NCBI GenBank assembly: GCA_044224875.1 | Contig: JBGAJQ010000016.1 | Coordinates: 1 to 64,000, forward strand | Length of the DNA stretch: 64,000 bases | DNA from: Gemmatimonadaceae bacterium | Lineage (GTDB): Bacteria; Gemmatimonadota; Gemmatimonadetes; Gemmatimonadales; Gemmatimonadaceae | Direction of reading: 5' to 3' | Part shown: positions 29,268 to 39,383 of the stretch, piece after piece | Layout of the letters: each line of letters begins with the position of its first letter | Position numbering within the stretch: position 1 is the first letter of the stretch | The notes under the pieces: model-generated | Told to the model about the DNA's origin: nothing | Database searches by the model: none | The model's input: the letters and a program-made list of their open reading frames with translations, nothing else | Translations under genes and position numbers: made by a program

Positions 29268-32200
29268 ATGTCGAATACCGCCAAGCTCAAGAAGAAGGCC
29301 ACCGAGCTCGAACAGAAGAAACAGTTCGACAAGGCGTTGCAGCTGTATATCCAGCTGCTCGACGAGGCTGGGCGTGACCTCGACGACGCCGATCTGCAGC
29401 TCTACAACCGCGTCGGCGACTTGCTGATGCGCCAAGGCAATACCTCCGAGGCCCTGTCGTACTACGAAAAGGCCGTGGATGTGTACGCCGAGCGCGGCTT
29501 CCTGAACAACGCCATCGCCCTCTGTTCCAAGATCCTCCGCCAGTCGCCGGCGCGCACCGCCGTGTACTACAAGCTCGGCAAGATCTCCGCGAACAAGGGC
29601 TTCAAGAGCGACGCCAAGAAGAACTTCCTCGAATACGCCGATCGGATGCAGAAGGCCGGGCAGCGGGACGAAGCGTACCGCGCCCTGAAGGAATTCGCCG
29701 ACCTGTGTCCGGATCAGGACGACATCAGGTTGATGCTGGCGGAGATGCTCTCGAAAGAGAATCGTAAGGACGAGGCGCTCGACCAGCTGCAGACCCTGTA
29801 CGAGAAACTCGAGGAAGAGGGACGCGGCGCCGAGGCGCGCGCAACACTCGATCGCATGAAGGCGATCGACCCTGCGGTGCAACCCCGGTCGTCAGGGACC
29901 TATCGCTCGCAAAAGTCGAACGACTTGGTATTCCTCGATCTCTCCGCCGACCTTGGGGGGAAGGAATCGGCTCCGGCGGCGGCCGCAGTCGCCGCTCCGC
30001 CACCCAAGCGACCGACCACGCCCGACATTCCGGCGCTGGAAGGCCTGTCATTCCATTTCCTGCCAGAAGACGGGGATGACGCGGCCGCTGCTCGTGAAGC
30101 CGTCGAAGGACTGGAAGCGACGGTACCGGAGGCGGTGCTTGACGACGCGGCGATCGATGCGCTGCTCACCATGCCCGAAGCGGTGAACACGCTGGAGCAG
30201 GTAGGGGAACTGGAAGCCGAAATTCCGCCGCAGGCAATCGAGGACCTGGAGCCAACGGCCGTTGCAGCCGAGGACGACATCGACCTGGTCCTCGAGCCGC
30301 CAGCCGAGCTGTCCGGTTGGGAACCGACGGCCACCGACGCGCCGCACGCCTCAAAGACGCCCATCCTGGCGCCGTTGATCGAGGACCCGCTGCTTTCGGG
30401 GAGTGAGTTCGCGGAGTTGAACCTGCAGAATGCCGCAGAGCCGCGACCCACCCCGGTTCACGACCTCCTCCTTCCGACCGAACTTCCGCTCCTGACGCCG
30501 CCGGTGGGAGGAGAGGCCCTGGGGCCGGGCATGGTGGCGGTCGATTCGCCGTCACCGATTGAGCTGACGGCACTCGAGGTGGAAGCGACATCCGACATCG
30601 ACCTCGAATCGGAGATGATGGCGCCGATCTCCCGAACGGGGGACCGTGCGGCCATCGTCGCCGACGCGCCTTCGGCCGAGGCGTTTGTCGCGACCGATCC
30701 CCTGGGGATGCGCGTCATCGCCACGGCCCACATTCCGGACGAGGAGCCCGAATCGCCCGACCTCCTGGTTGAGGCGACGGCAGAGCCTCTGAGCGACACG
30801 GCGGCGGGCACCGACCAGTCGGAATCGGCCAGCGAGGATGCCACGGAGCTCTCGGAAGCCAACGAGCATGCGGAGGAGCTGGCGGCCGCCGCGGCGCCAC
30901 TTCTCAGCACCGAAGAGCACGATGCGGCCATACTCGCGCAGTTGAACGAAGCCTCCATCGATGCGGCGTTCGAGACGGCTGCTGTGGATGCGCCTCCTTC
31001 GGACTCAACGGCCGTCGAGGTGGAGCCCGATGTCGAATCGGTTGCCGAGGAAGAGGTCGTCGCCGATGGGGCACTCATGGGAGACGCTCCCGGCTTCGGG
31101 GACGGGGACGAGGAAGCTGGTACGTTTGTGCCGAGCCCGCGGCTTTCGGCGCTCACGCTGCAGCCGGACTCCTGGACGAATGACGACGTGGCCGAGGTCC
31201 TGATCGACGGCGAATGGCGGGACGAGCATGTGTCAGATGCGGTGCCGGCCACCAACGATGAGCCGAAGCGCTTTGACGATCTCGCGGCGGCCATGATGTG
31301 GGTGCCGTCGGACGAGCGTGACATGCCGGTCGACGTCGGTACTCCTGTCGCTCCGGACGAAGACCCGGCCTTTGCATTCCATACGCCGCGTAGCCACTTG
31401 TCGTTCGGCGGTGTCGAAGACCAGCTCCGCCGTCGGCTTGAACTCGTGCCGGAAAACTGGGCGCTTCGTCGCCAACTGGGCGAGGTGCTCCTCGATTCTG
31501 GCGACCGAGATGCCGGGTTGTATGAGCTGGACCTGGCCATGGTCGGCTACGAGCTGTCCGGCGACCTGCACGGCGCCATGGAAGTCGCCGACGAAATCGT
31601 TCGCCTCGTGCCCGTTTCCGTTCGTCACCACCAGAAGCGCGTTGAGTACGCGGTGCGATCTGGCGACCGGTTGCGGCTGGTCGACGCCTATATGGAGCTG
31701 GGTGACGCGCTCTTCCGCGATGGGCAAGCGGACAAGGCTCACGCGGTCTACGCTCGGGTGTTGGAGCTCTCGCCCGGACATGAGCGCGCCACGTTTGCGC
31801 TCGGCACCTTCGCGGCTCCCACGGAGGACGCAGAGCCTGGGCGCGTGGGTCGGCCGCGTGGGCTGACGTATATCACGCCAGAAGACGCCTTCGCCGAATG
31901 GGAAGCCCCCGCACACGTCCTGGGTTCGTTTGTCTCGGCCAAGTCTGGTGAGCAGCCAGCCACGGCCGAGCCGGAAGCGTTGCCGTCCGACGCACAGGGT
32001 GACGTGCCCGCCGAGCAGGTTGAAGGTGCGGGGGCCGAAGCCGTTGCCGGTGAGCAGCCCAGCGAGGTGCGTCCCCTCGAGGCGCAGGAAGGCGCGGCGG
32101 TTGAAGCTGAGCGACGTTATTCCGAGCCCGCAGAAGAGGCGGCTACGCTGTCCACCGACGCGGGTCCGGGCACGCCCGAGGCGGCAGGTGGGCGCGACGA

Positions 32201-32900
32201 GGCGGTTGCCAGTGAAGGAACGTCAGGATCCGTGCTCGACACCGAATCGCTGCGCCGCGCGGTTGAGCGTCGGAATGCGACTGAGACCGACTCGCCCGCT
32301 CCAGCGAGCGCAGCGGCAACCGAGGAACCGCCGATCCTGAAGCGGGCCCGATCACTCACTCCGGTGGGTGCGCGGGACGATGATTTCGTCGATCTGGGCG
32401 ATTGGTTGCGGGCGACGGAACCCGAAAAGACCACGCGCATGGTGGTTGAGGAAGCGCGGCCTTCGGGCGACGAGCAGGCGGATTTCGATGACATGCTCCG
32501 CCGGTTCAAACGCGGGGTCGCCGAGAACGTCGAGGAGGAGGACTTTGCCTCGCACTATGATCTGGGCGTTGCCTACAAGGAAATGGGGCTGACCGACGAG
32601 GCGATCGCCCAGTTCCAGCGCGCCCTCCGGGGTGAAAGCCACCGGATCAGGTCCTACGAAGCGTTGGGGCAGTGCTTCGTGGAGAAGGGCCAGCACGCGG
32701 TGGCTAGTGCCCTCTTGCAGCGGGCCGTAGAAACATCGCAGGTGGACGATACCCAGCTTGTGGGGGTGCTGTACCTGCTCGGATATTCGATGGAGTCCAT
32801 GGGGCGCCGAAGCGACGCAATGCGTTATTATCAACGCGTCTTTGCCGTGGACATTGAATTCCGAGACGTGGCGCAGCGAGTCGCCGCGATGGAGCACTAG
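29268..32900 (+). CDS. Large TPR protein with acidic low-complexity linkers (SgmX-like)
   Basis: N-terminal TPRs (YAERGFLNNAIAL), a central TPR block and C-terminal FKRGV...SHYDLGVAYKEMGLTDEAI TPRs. Confidence 0.8.
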   Translation: MSNTAKLKKKATELEQKKQFDKALQLYIQLLDEAGRDLDDADLQLYNRVGDLLMRQGNTSEALSYYEKAVDVYAERGFLNNAIALCSKILRQSPARTAVYYKLGKISANKGFKSDAKKNFLEYADRMQKAGQRDEAYRALKEFADLCPDQDDIRLMLAEMLSKENRKDEALDQLQTLYEKLEEEGRGAEARATLDRMKAIDPAVQPRSSGTYRSQKSNDLVFLDLSADLGGKESAPAAAAVAAPPPKRPTTPDIPALEGLSFHFLPEDGDDAAAAREAVEGLEATVPEAVLDDAAIDALLTMPEAVNTLEQVGELEAEIPPQAIEDLEPTAVAAEDDIDLVLEPPAELSGWEPTATDAPHASKTPILAPLIEDPLLSGSEFAELNLQNAAEPRPTPVHDLLLPTELPLLTPPVGGEALGPGMVAVDSPSPIELTALEVEATSDIDLESEMMAPISRTGDRAAIVADAPSAEAFVATDPLGMRVIATAHIPDEEPESPDLLVEATAEPLSDTAAGTDQSESASEDATELSEANEHAEELAAAAAPLLSTEEHDAAILAQLNEASIDAAFETAAVDAPPSDSTAVEVEPDVESVAEEEVVADGALMGDAPGFGDGDEEAGTFVPSPRLSALTLQPDSWTNDDVAEVLIDGEWRDEHVSDAVPATNDEPKRFDDLAAAMMWVPSDERDMPVDVGTPVAPDEDPAFAFHTPRSHLSFGGVEDQLRRRLELVPENWALRRQLGEVLLDSGDRDAGLYELDLAMVGYELSGDLHGAMEVADEIVRLVPVSVRHHQKRVEYAVRSGDRLRLVDAYMELGDALFRDGQADKAHAVYARVLELSPGHERATFALGTFAAPTEDAEPGRVGRPRGLTYITPEDAFAEWEAPAHVLGSFVSAKSGEQPATAEPEALPSDAQGDVPAEQVEGAGAEAVAGEQPSEVRPLEAQEGAAVEAERRYSEPAEEAATLSTDAGPGTPEAAGGRDEAVASEGTSGSVLDTESLRRAVERRNATETDSPAPASAAATEEPPILKRARSLTPVGARDDDFVDLGDWLRATEPEKTTRMVVEEARPSGDEQADFDDMLRRFKRGVAENVEEEDFASHYDLGVAYKEMGLTDEAIAQFQRALRGESHRIRSYEALGQCFVEKGQHAVASALLQRAVETSQVDDTQLVGVLYLLGYSMESMGRRSDAMRYYQRVFAVDIEFRDVAQRVAAMEH

Positions 32901-32905
32901 ACGAC

Positions 32906-33916
32906 GTGACCACACAGTCCCGTGTGACCCCCGTTCGCAACGCTGGACTCAAGGAAATTCAGGAACCTGTGCGCGAGGCGCTGAGCCGCGTCTCCGACGA
33001 GATGTGGCGCATCGTCTCTGTGGGCGGCGACGTCTTTTCGGGCGTGAATCAGCACCTGATGTTGATGAAGGGGAAAATGCTCCGCCCGACGCTGTTGTTG
33101 CTGTCGAGTCAGGCGCGGGGGCGGCCGGAGCCACGCGCTGCGGCGTATGCGGCGGTGCTGGAGTTGATCCATCTCGCGACCCTGGTCCACGACGACGCCG
33201 TCGACCACTCGGTACTGCGTCGCGGCATGCCGACCATCAACGCGCTCTTTACGCATCAGGTGTCGGTGATCGCCGGCGATTTCCTCTACTCGCGAGCCGT
33301 ACAAGAGCTCGTCCGTCTGGACGACATGGAGCCGTTGCGAGTCTTTGCCAAGGCCTCGAACGAACTCACGTTAGGCGAAATGCGGCAACTATCGGCGTTG
33401 GACGCGCTCGCCTTTTCGGAAGACGACTACGAGTTTCTCATCCGCGCCAAGACGTCGGCGCTGTTCTCGGCGGCCTGCGAAGTCGGCGCGATTTGTGGGG
33501 GCGGGGCGCCGAGCGATCGTGAAGCCCTTCGTCGATATGGCGAGCGCCTGGGCATGGCCTTTCAGGTGGCCGATGACCTGCTCGATTATACGGAGGACGC
33601 GAACACCACGGGGAAGCCGACCGGACTGGACCTGCGTGAGCACAAGGTGACGCTACCGCTGATCTATGCGTTACGCGACATCGCGCCAGGGCGACGTGCG
33701 GCCGTTGAGGAGCTCTTCCGGGCGCCAGAGCCATCGGATGAGCAAATCGCTCGTGTGGTGGAGGTTGTTCGTGAGGCCGGCGGCCTGGAGTACGCTCGGC
33801 GACGCGGCGAGGAGTTCGCCATGGAGGCGGAGGAGTCGATCGCGGAGCTTCCCGATACCCCCGCGCGCACGGCCCTGTTTGATGCCGTCGCCTACGTCAT
33901 GGACCGGAGGTCCTAG
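32906..33916 (+). CDS. Long-chain polyprenyl diphosphate synthase
   Basis: GKMLRP, LVHDDAVD...RRG, KTS and FQVADDLLD. Confidence 0.93.
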   Translation: MTTQSRVTPVRNAGLKEIQEPVREALSRVSDEMWRIVSVGGDVFSGVNQHLMLMKGKMLRPTLLLLSSQARGRPEPRAAAYAAVLELIHLATLVHDDAVDHSVLRRGMPTINALFTHQVSVIAGDFLYSRAVQELVRLDDMEPLRVFAKASNELTLGEMRQLSALDALAFSEDDYEFLIRAKTSALFSAACEVGAICGGGAPSDREALRRYGERLGMAFQVADDLLDYTEDANTTGKPTGLDLREHKVTLPLIYALRDIAPGRRAAVEELFRAPEPSDEQIARVVEVVREAGGLEYARRRGEEFAMEAEESIAELPDTPARTALFDAVAYVMDRRS

Positions 33917-34195
33917 ATGAACAAGGGATCTCCACGGCATCGTCCCCTCTTTCACGCGGTGGTGCTGGCGAGCGGTTTTGTGGTCGGCGGGTTCATGAAT
34001 GTCTTTGCCCGACGGTTCCTTCCCGTTGGGGCGGTCAAGGAGTTTCTTACTACGGGCGTCACCCCCGCTTTAGGCCCGGTCAAGATAGATTTGGTTATCT
34101 TGAGTTTCTCGTTGGGACCGATCGCCATGGATGTGTCCCTACTGAGTCTGGTTGGGGTATTGATCGCTTATCTGATCGCGCGGTCGCTCTTCTAG
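33917..34195 (+). CDS. Small membrane protein (DUF4321-like)
   Basis: Two hydrophobic segments with an IDLVILSFSLG centre; abuts both neighbours. Confidence 0.6.
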   Translation: MNKGSPRHRPLFHAVVLASGFVVGGFMNVFARRFLPVGAVKEFLTTGVTPALGPVKIDLVILSFSLGPIAMDVSLLSLVGVLIAYLIARSLF

Positions 34196-34203
34196 GAGAC
34201 GTT

Positions 34204-34455
34204 ATGAATTTCGGTAACCTGGGTTTCACAGAGATCCTCCTTATCCTCGTCGTAGTGCTACTTCTCTTTGGCGCCCGCCGGCTCCCTGAGATTGGGGCCT
34301 CCTTTGGGAAGGGAATTCGTGAGTTCAGGAAGAGCTTGAGCGATGTCAACAACGAGATCGCTCAACCGCAGCGCAACGAGCGGCTCACGCAACCGGCGCC
34401 CGAAACGCGCGTTGAAGAGGAAGCTCGACCTGAGCCAAAACGGCTGCTGAACTAA
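34204..34455 (+). CDS. tatA: Twin-arginine translocase TatA
   Basis: EILLILVVVLLLFGARRLPEIGASFGKGIREFRK; AGGAG ribosome-binding site. Confidence 0.95.
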   Translation: MNFGNLGFTEILLILVVVLLLFGARRLPEIGASFGKGIREFRKSLSDVNNEIAQPQRNERLTQPAPETRVEEEARPEPKRLLN

Positions 34456-34467
34456 GACATCCCCGTA

Positions 34468-34506
34468 GAAAAGAGGGCCGACCAGACTGGTCGGCCCTCT
34501 TGTTTT
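34468..34506. terminator. Bidirectional intrinsic terminator between convergent tatA and the PPIase gene
   Basis: 15-bp perfect inverted repeat AAGAGGGCCGACCAG-a-CTGGTCGGCCCTCTT flanked by A and T tracts. Confidence 0.85.
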
Positions 34507-34524
34507 CGCCCTCGAGAGCTCTCG

Positions 34525-36363
34525 CTAAGTCGTCGCGGCGGCCTGTTCACGCGCCGCGGCATTCAGGGACTTCCGCTTGTCCGCGACTTTCGCCGCCTTC
34601 CGGAGCCCGTCCAGGTAATTGCGGACCCGCGCCTCACGCAGCGAATTCATCGCCTCCTTGCGCTGTTCGCCTTTCTGCTTGTCCCAGACGTCCTTCGAGG
34701 CGTCGATGCGCTTGTCGACGCGCATGACGAAGACTCCCTCGTCGGTGACGACCGGTTCACTGACCTTGCCGACGGGAAGGGCAAAGGCCGCGCCGATGGC
34801 GGCATTCAGCCTGCCGAGTCCCGGGACAAACGCCGGCCGGGCAAAAATCGGCGATGTGTTGAGGGTGAGATCCTTTGCTTTTGCCGCAGCCTCCATCGTG
34901 GATTGGCTTGCCTCCTTCGCAAAAGCTTGAGCGCGTGGGAGCACGGCGTCGGACTTCTTCTTCTGTGCCAGCAGCGAGGCTATTTCGCTCTTCACGTCGT
35001 TCAGCGGGGCAATCCCTCCTTCGCGCAGCGAGTCGAGCCTGGCGATAAAGTAGGAATCGTCGGAGTCGAACATCTCGCTCGTCTCACCGGGCTTCACCCC
35101 TCCAAAAGCCCACGCGCTCACGCTCGGAACGGCCTTGCCATTCGCAAACAATGGTTGACCTTCCGTCGCTTGCACACGCGACGGCGTCAGCTTCAACAAC
35201 TTGGCAGCAGAGTCGAACTTCTCCGGCGTACTCGTGCCAGCCGCGATCTTCACCAGCGAGTCCGCCTTGCGGTCGGTGCGAGTGGCCGACGAGTCGGATT
35301 GCTGGATGCGCAGGAGGATGTGGCGCAGGGCTAGCGTGTCTCCCTTGCGATCGTCCACGCGAATCAGGTGATAGCCGAAGTTGGTGAGCACGGGCTGCGA
35401 GATCTCGCCCACCCTGAGCGCGTATGCCGCCTTCTCGAAGTCGGGGACGAATCGACCCTTCCCACCGCGCCCGAGGTCGCCTCCGTTGGCACCGGAAATC
35501 GTGTCCGCGGATTCGCGCTTAGCGACGTCCTCGAACTTCGCCCCCTTCTCGATTTCGTCTCGGATCGCCTCGGCGCGTGTCCGAACGGCGGCGGTGTCGG
35601 CGGCCGTAACCGTCCGCGGGATCTCCATGAGAGAAAGCACCGCATGTCCGGGACGGTCGAAGCGCTTTTGGTTGGCGTCGTAGTACGTCCGGATTTCGGC
35701 GTCGGTCACCTTGATGCTCGAGTCGGGCACGGACGCCGGGTCAAACATCACGAATGTGACTTGAGAGGAGTCGTTCAGGTCGCGGTACACAGACCACAAC
35801 TTCACGTCGCTCACATAGACATCGCCTGCGAGCTGGTCAAAAAGCTTGGCTCGCGGGATTTCGTTCCGATAATAGTTTTCGAGCTGCACGAGGAGTCCCT
35901 GCTGGCGGGACGCCGGGCTTTTCAGCAGCCGCTGGTACTTGGCCAGGTCGAACTGACCGTCCGTCTGAAGCTCCGGATTCTGCATCAGCTCAGGCGGAGG
36001 ATTGGTCTGCGAGGCCTCAATCACCTCGGCGTCGGTGACGCCAATGTGGCGGCGCTTGTACTCCTGATCCAGCAGGATATTCGTTACAAGTTGTTCAAAT
36101 GCTTGATCTTCAACCCGGCGGCGATCATCCATCGTCAGGCTTCGGCCGCTCTGCCGTTCCTGCTGTTGCTGGATGGAGTTGGAGAGATTCACCCAGGTGA
36201 GGTAGGGGATGTCCACGCCATTGACCGAGCCAACGACGGTACTGGTCGTGATCTGTTCCCGTCCGAGGAGTCCAGAGGTCTGAACGAACAGAAACCCGCC
36301 GACGAAGCAGGCGACCACAAAGAGCCAAATCCATTTTGCGTTGGCTCGCATCCGTTGCAGCAC
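34525..36363 (-). CDS. Periplasmic peptidyl-prolyl isomerase/chaperone (PpiD/SurA-like)
   Basis: N-terminal membrane anchor, SurA-N-like region and parvulin domain (FEDVAKRESAD...GGDLG...FGYHLI). Confidence 0.9.
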   Translation of the reverse strand: MLQRMRANAKWIWLFVVACFVGGFLFVQTSGLLGREQITTSTVVGSVNGVDIPYLTWVNLSNSIQQQQERQSGRSLTMDDRRRVEDQAFEQLVTNILLDQEYKRRHIGVTDAEVIEASQTNPPPELMQNPELQTDGQFDLAKYQRLLKSPASRQQGLLVQLENYYRNEIPRAKLFDQLAGDVYVSDVKLWSVYRDLNDSSQVTFVMFDPASVPDSSIKVTDAEIRTYYDANQKRFDRPGHAVLSLMEIPRTVTAADTAAVRTRAEAIRDEIEKGAKFEDVAKRESADTISGANGGDLGRGGKGRFVPDFEKAAYALRVGEISQPVLTNFGYHLIRVDDRKGDTLALRHILLRIQQSDSSATRTDRKADSLVKIAAGTSTPEKFDSAAKLLKLTPSRVQATEGQPLFANGKAVPSVSAWAFGGVKPGETSEMFDSDDSYFIARLDSLREGGIAPLNDVKSEIASLLAQKKKSDAVLPRAQAFAKEASQSTMEAAAKAKDLTLNTSPIFARPAFVPGLGRLNAAIGAAFALPVGKVSEPVVTDEGVFVMRVDKRIDASKDVWDKQKGEQRKEAMNSLREARVRNYLDGLRKAAKVADKRKSLNAAAREQAAATT

Positions 36364-36548
36364 TGGCGGACTCCTAAGCGAAAACCGTGACTTTCCGGGG
36401 GTACTGAGAGCCGAGAAAGCTATTTGTGATCTGAGTCTAAAAGCAAGTTACTCTGTCACTTCTGGCGAGATGGCTCGTCCTAATTTCGAACCGACGGCGA
36501 CCCCGGACTCGCCGCAAACACTTGGCTCAACGCCTTTGAGGGCTAGGC

Positions 36549-38946
36549 ATGGCCACCAATGCCCGTCTAGAAGAGCTGAAAAAGAAGTTTGACGAGAACC
36601 CACGGCGATACTTCGCTCCATTGGCGAATGAGTATCGCAAGCAGGGCGATCTCACGCAGGCGATTACTCTCTGCCGCGCGCACCTTCCGAATCAGCCGGG
36701 ACACATCAGCGGACACATCGTTCTCGCACAAGCCCTGTACGAGGCGCGCGAGCTTCCAGAGTCACGCCAGATCTTCGAGCAAGCGCTCGAGCTCGATCCA
36801 GAGAATCTGATCGCCCTTCGGTCCCTTGGCGACATCGCGCGCGCCCAAGATGACGTTGCGGCTGCACGTTCCTGGTACGAGCGGGTACTGGACGCCGATC
36901 CGCGAAACGACGAAATCACGACGCTGCTTCGCGAACTTGCCGCGGAGCCCGTTGTCGTAGCCGCCGCTCCTGTGGAGGCGTTCGAAAGCGAGGCGCCCGC
37001 GCCCACGGTGATCGCTGCGGAGCCCGCGCCGCTCGCATCGGAGCCACAGGAACCCGCTTGGGATCCCGACAAGACGCCAATCGCGAACGTCGCAATTCCG
37101 GAACACCCCGTCGCCACGGTGGACGCACCAGAGGCTTTGCCCGCCGACGATTCATCGGACATTTTCGGTGAAGGCACGGTTGATCAGGGGGCCGAACTAC
37201 TTGAATCGTTCGAGCCGACGGAACTGAAGGCCGAGGCGGCCGTCGAGGCCTCGGAGCCGGCGCCAAGCGACGCCTTCGAACTGGACCTACCGGAACTCAC
37301 AGCGGCAGCACCGGAGTCGCCGGCCAGCGAGATCGCGCAGCCCGAAGCCGAGGGAGCAGCGGTAGCGGAGTCCTCACCGGCCTCACAGCCGGAGAGCGAG
37401 TTTGTCGAGGACGCCTCGGCATTCGCTGCGGCGCAAGAACTGAGTGATCCCGAAGCGCTTCCTGAACCAATGGGAGACGATTGGTTCAACGCCCCAACGC
37501 CCCCGCGCGGTGTCGTTCGCCAGTATGAGCCGGAGGTTCCGACCGAGCCCGCGACTCCTCAGACCGCGCCCCTCACGTTGCAGATTCCGACACCGGCGGA
37601 GGGAGCCACCGCGCAATCGACGTCCGTCGATCTTGGCACCTTCGACCTCATTGAGGCTGGATCGTCCGCGCCGGCCGACCTGAGTCCTCCGTCGCAAGCG
37701 AATGAAGAGGAGCATCCCGCGTCGTGGTTCGACGCGCCGGTAGAGTCCAGCCAGCCGACCGTCGAGTTGACTCAACCGATCGACGAGCCGAGTCAACCGA
37801 CCGCCGAGCTCACGGAGCAAGCGTTGGACCTCGAGCCAGCTGACTTCTCGACCTCGGAGCCTGAAGCCCAAGAGACGCCGATCGCTGGCGAATCAGCGAT
37901 TGCCGAAGTCGAGGCGGAGGCGACGGCCGAGTCGCCGTCGGCTGAGCCATCGGAGGAGGACGCTGCGATCGTTGCAGCTGCGGCCCAGGCGACCGAGGAG
38001 TTCGAGATTCGCGCCGAGGCGACCTCTGTGCTTCTGTCCGAGGATGAGGAACAGGTAGACGCTGCGCACGACATGCCGCCAAGCGCGGAACTGGAGGGCG
38101 CTTGGAGCTCGAAGCGATCGATCGTGGGATGACCGATCGCGAAGATGTCTTTGGCTCGATCACCCTGCACGACGAACCGGTCGATGAGGATTCGAGCATC
38201 CCGGCGGACTTGGCGCTTGCGTCGACGCTTTCTGCTGACCCAGCGTTGGGACGCATGGCGCCAGAGGACGCGGCGACGGAGAGCGAGACCGCAAATGTTC
38301 GTCAATCGAGACGATGGCGGAGTTGTACCTGCAGCAAGGGTTCACCGACGAGCGCGCTTGGGATCTACCAGGCTCCGAACAGAATCCGGGTGACGAAGGG
38401 ATCCAGGCGCGGATTGTCGCGCTCGAATCTGGTGCCGTCTCTACGGTGGAAGCCGCCGCAGACGCCGCACACCTGATCGATCGGCACGGGCAGTCGGTAC
38501 GCACGTTCTTCGGCCGTGTGGCATCCCACCGGCCGCGTCGTCGTGCCGCGGTCGCATCGAGTGCGCTCGATGTGTCGTCGCTCGGCGCACAGTACGCAAA
38601 CCGCGCCAGCGCCACGGAATTCGAAGTTCAGCCTTCGGCGCTGTCAAAGCTGTTCTCGGCGGCGCCTCAAGCCCCAGCCGACGACGCAGCAGCCACGCAA
38701 TTGGCCAGCGCTTTTACCGCCGACGCCGTCGGCCGACCGACGCGAGCTGCCGATTCGGAGTTGTCCTTGGACCACCTCTTTCGCGATGTTCCTCCGGAAT
38801 CGTCCAGCGCCGTGACGCTGGATGCATTCTTCGCCGCACCCGGCGGCGACGCCGCTTCACTCGAGGCCGATGGCTTGGCACCCGAGGAGCGGACGGGCGA
38901 CATCGAACAGTTCACGGCGTGGCTCGAAGGACTCAAGAAGAAGTGA
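36549..38946 (+). CDS. TPR protein with a long acidic linker; one gene broken by indels at about 38100-38390
   Basis: N-terminal FAPLANEYRKQG TPRs; ORFs 36549-38132, 38102-38476 and 38314-38946 join into one composition-consistent protein ending TMAELYLQQG...WLEGLKKK. Confidence 0.7.
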
Positions 38947-39383
38947 AGATTGCCGTTCTCAACGGCCCCAATCTCAACTTGCTCGGCTCTCGCGAGCCAC
39001 ACATCTACGGAACGACCACCCTCGCGCAAATCGAAACTCGATTGCGCGAGGTTGGTCGCGAACTTTCCGTGGAGTTGGAGTTCCTCCAGAGCAATCACGA
39101 GGGCGTCCTGATCGACGCCATCCAGGGGCACCGGGGTCGTGTTGCCGGCGCGATCATCAATGCGGGGGCGCTCAGCCACACCAGCGTGGCTATCCGCGAC
39201 GCATTTGCGGCGTGTGAAATGCCGTACGTCGAGGTTCACATCAGCAATATTTTCGCGCGTGAACCGGAGCGACGGCACTCCGCGCTGGCGGGTGGTGCGT
39301 CTGGGTTCATTTGCGGCTTGGGGGCAGAGGGCTACGAGCTGGCCCTGCGCGGACTCGTGGCGCGCCTAACGCGCCGTGGCTGA
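38943..39383 (+). CDS. aroQ: Type II 3-dehydroquinate dehydratase
   Basis: LNGPNLNLLGSREPHIYG, QSNHEG and EVHISNIFARE. Confidence 0.96.
   Translation: MKIAVLNGPNLNLLGSREPHIYGTTTLAQIETRLREVGRELSVELEFLQSNHEGVLIDAIQGHRGRVAGAIINAGALSHTSVAIRDAFAACEMPYVEVHISNIFAREPERRHSALAGGASGFICGLGAEGYELALRGLVARLTRRG

Noticed and set aside
35368..36390. 340-aa plus-strand ORF over the PPIase gene
   Set aside because: Antisense shadow of a well-supported minus-strand gene.
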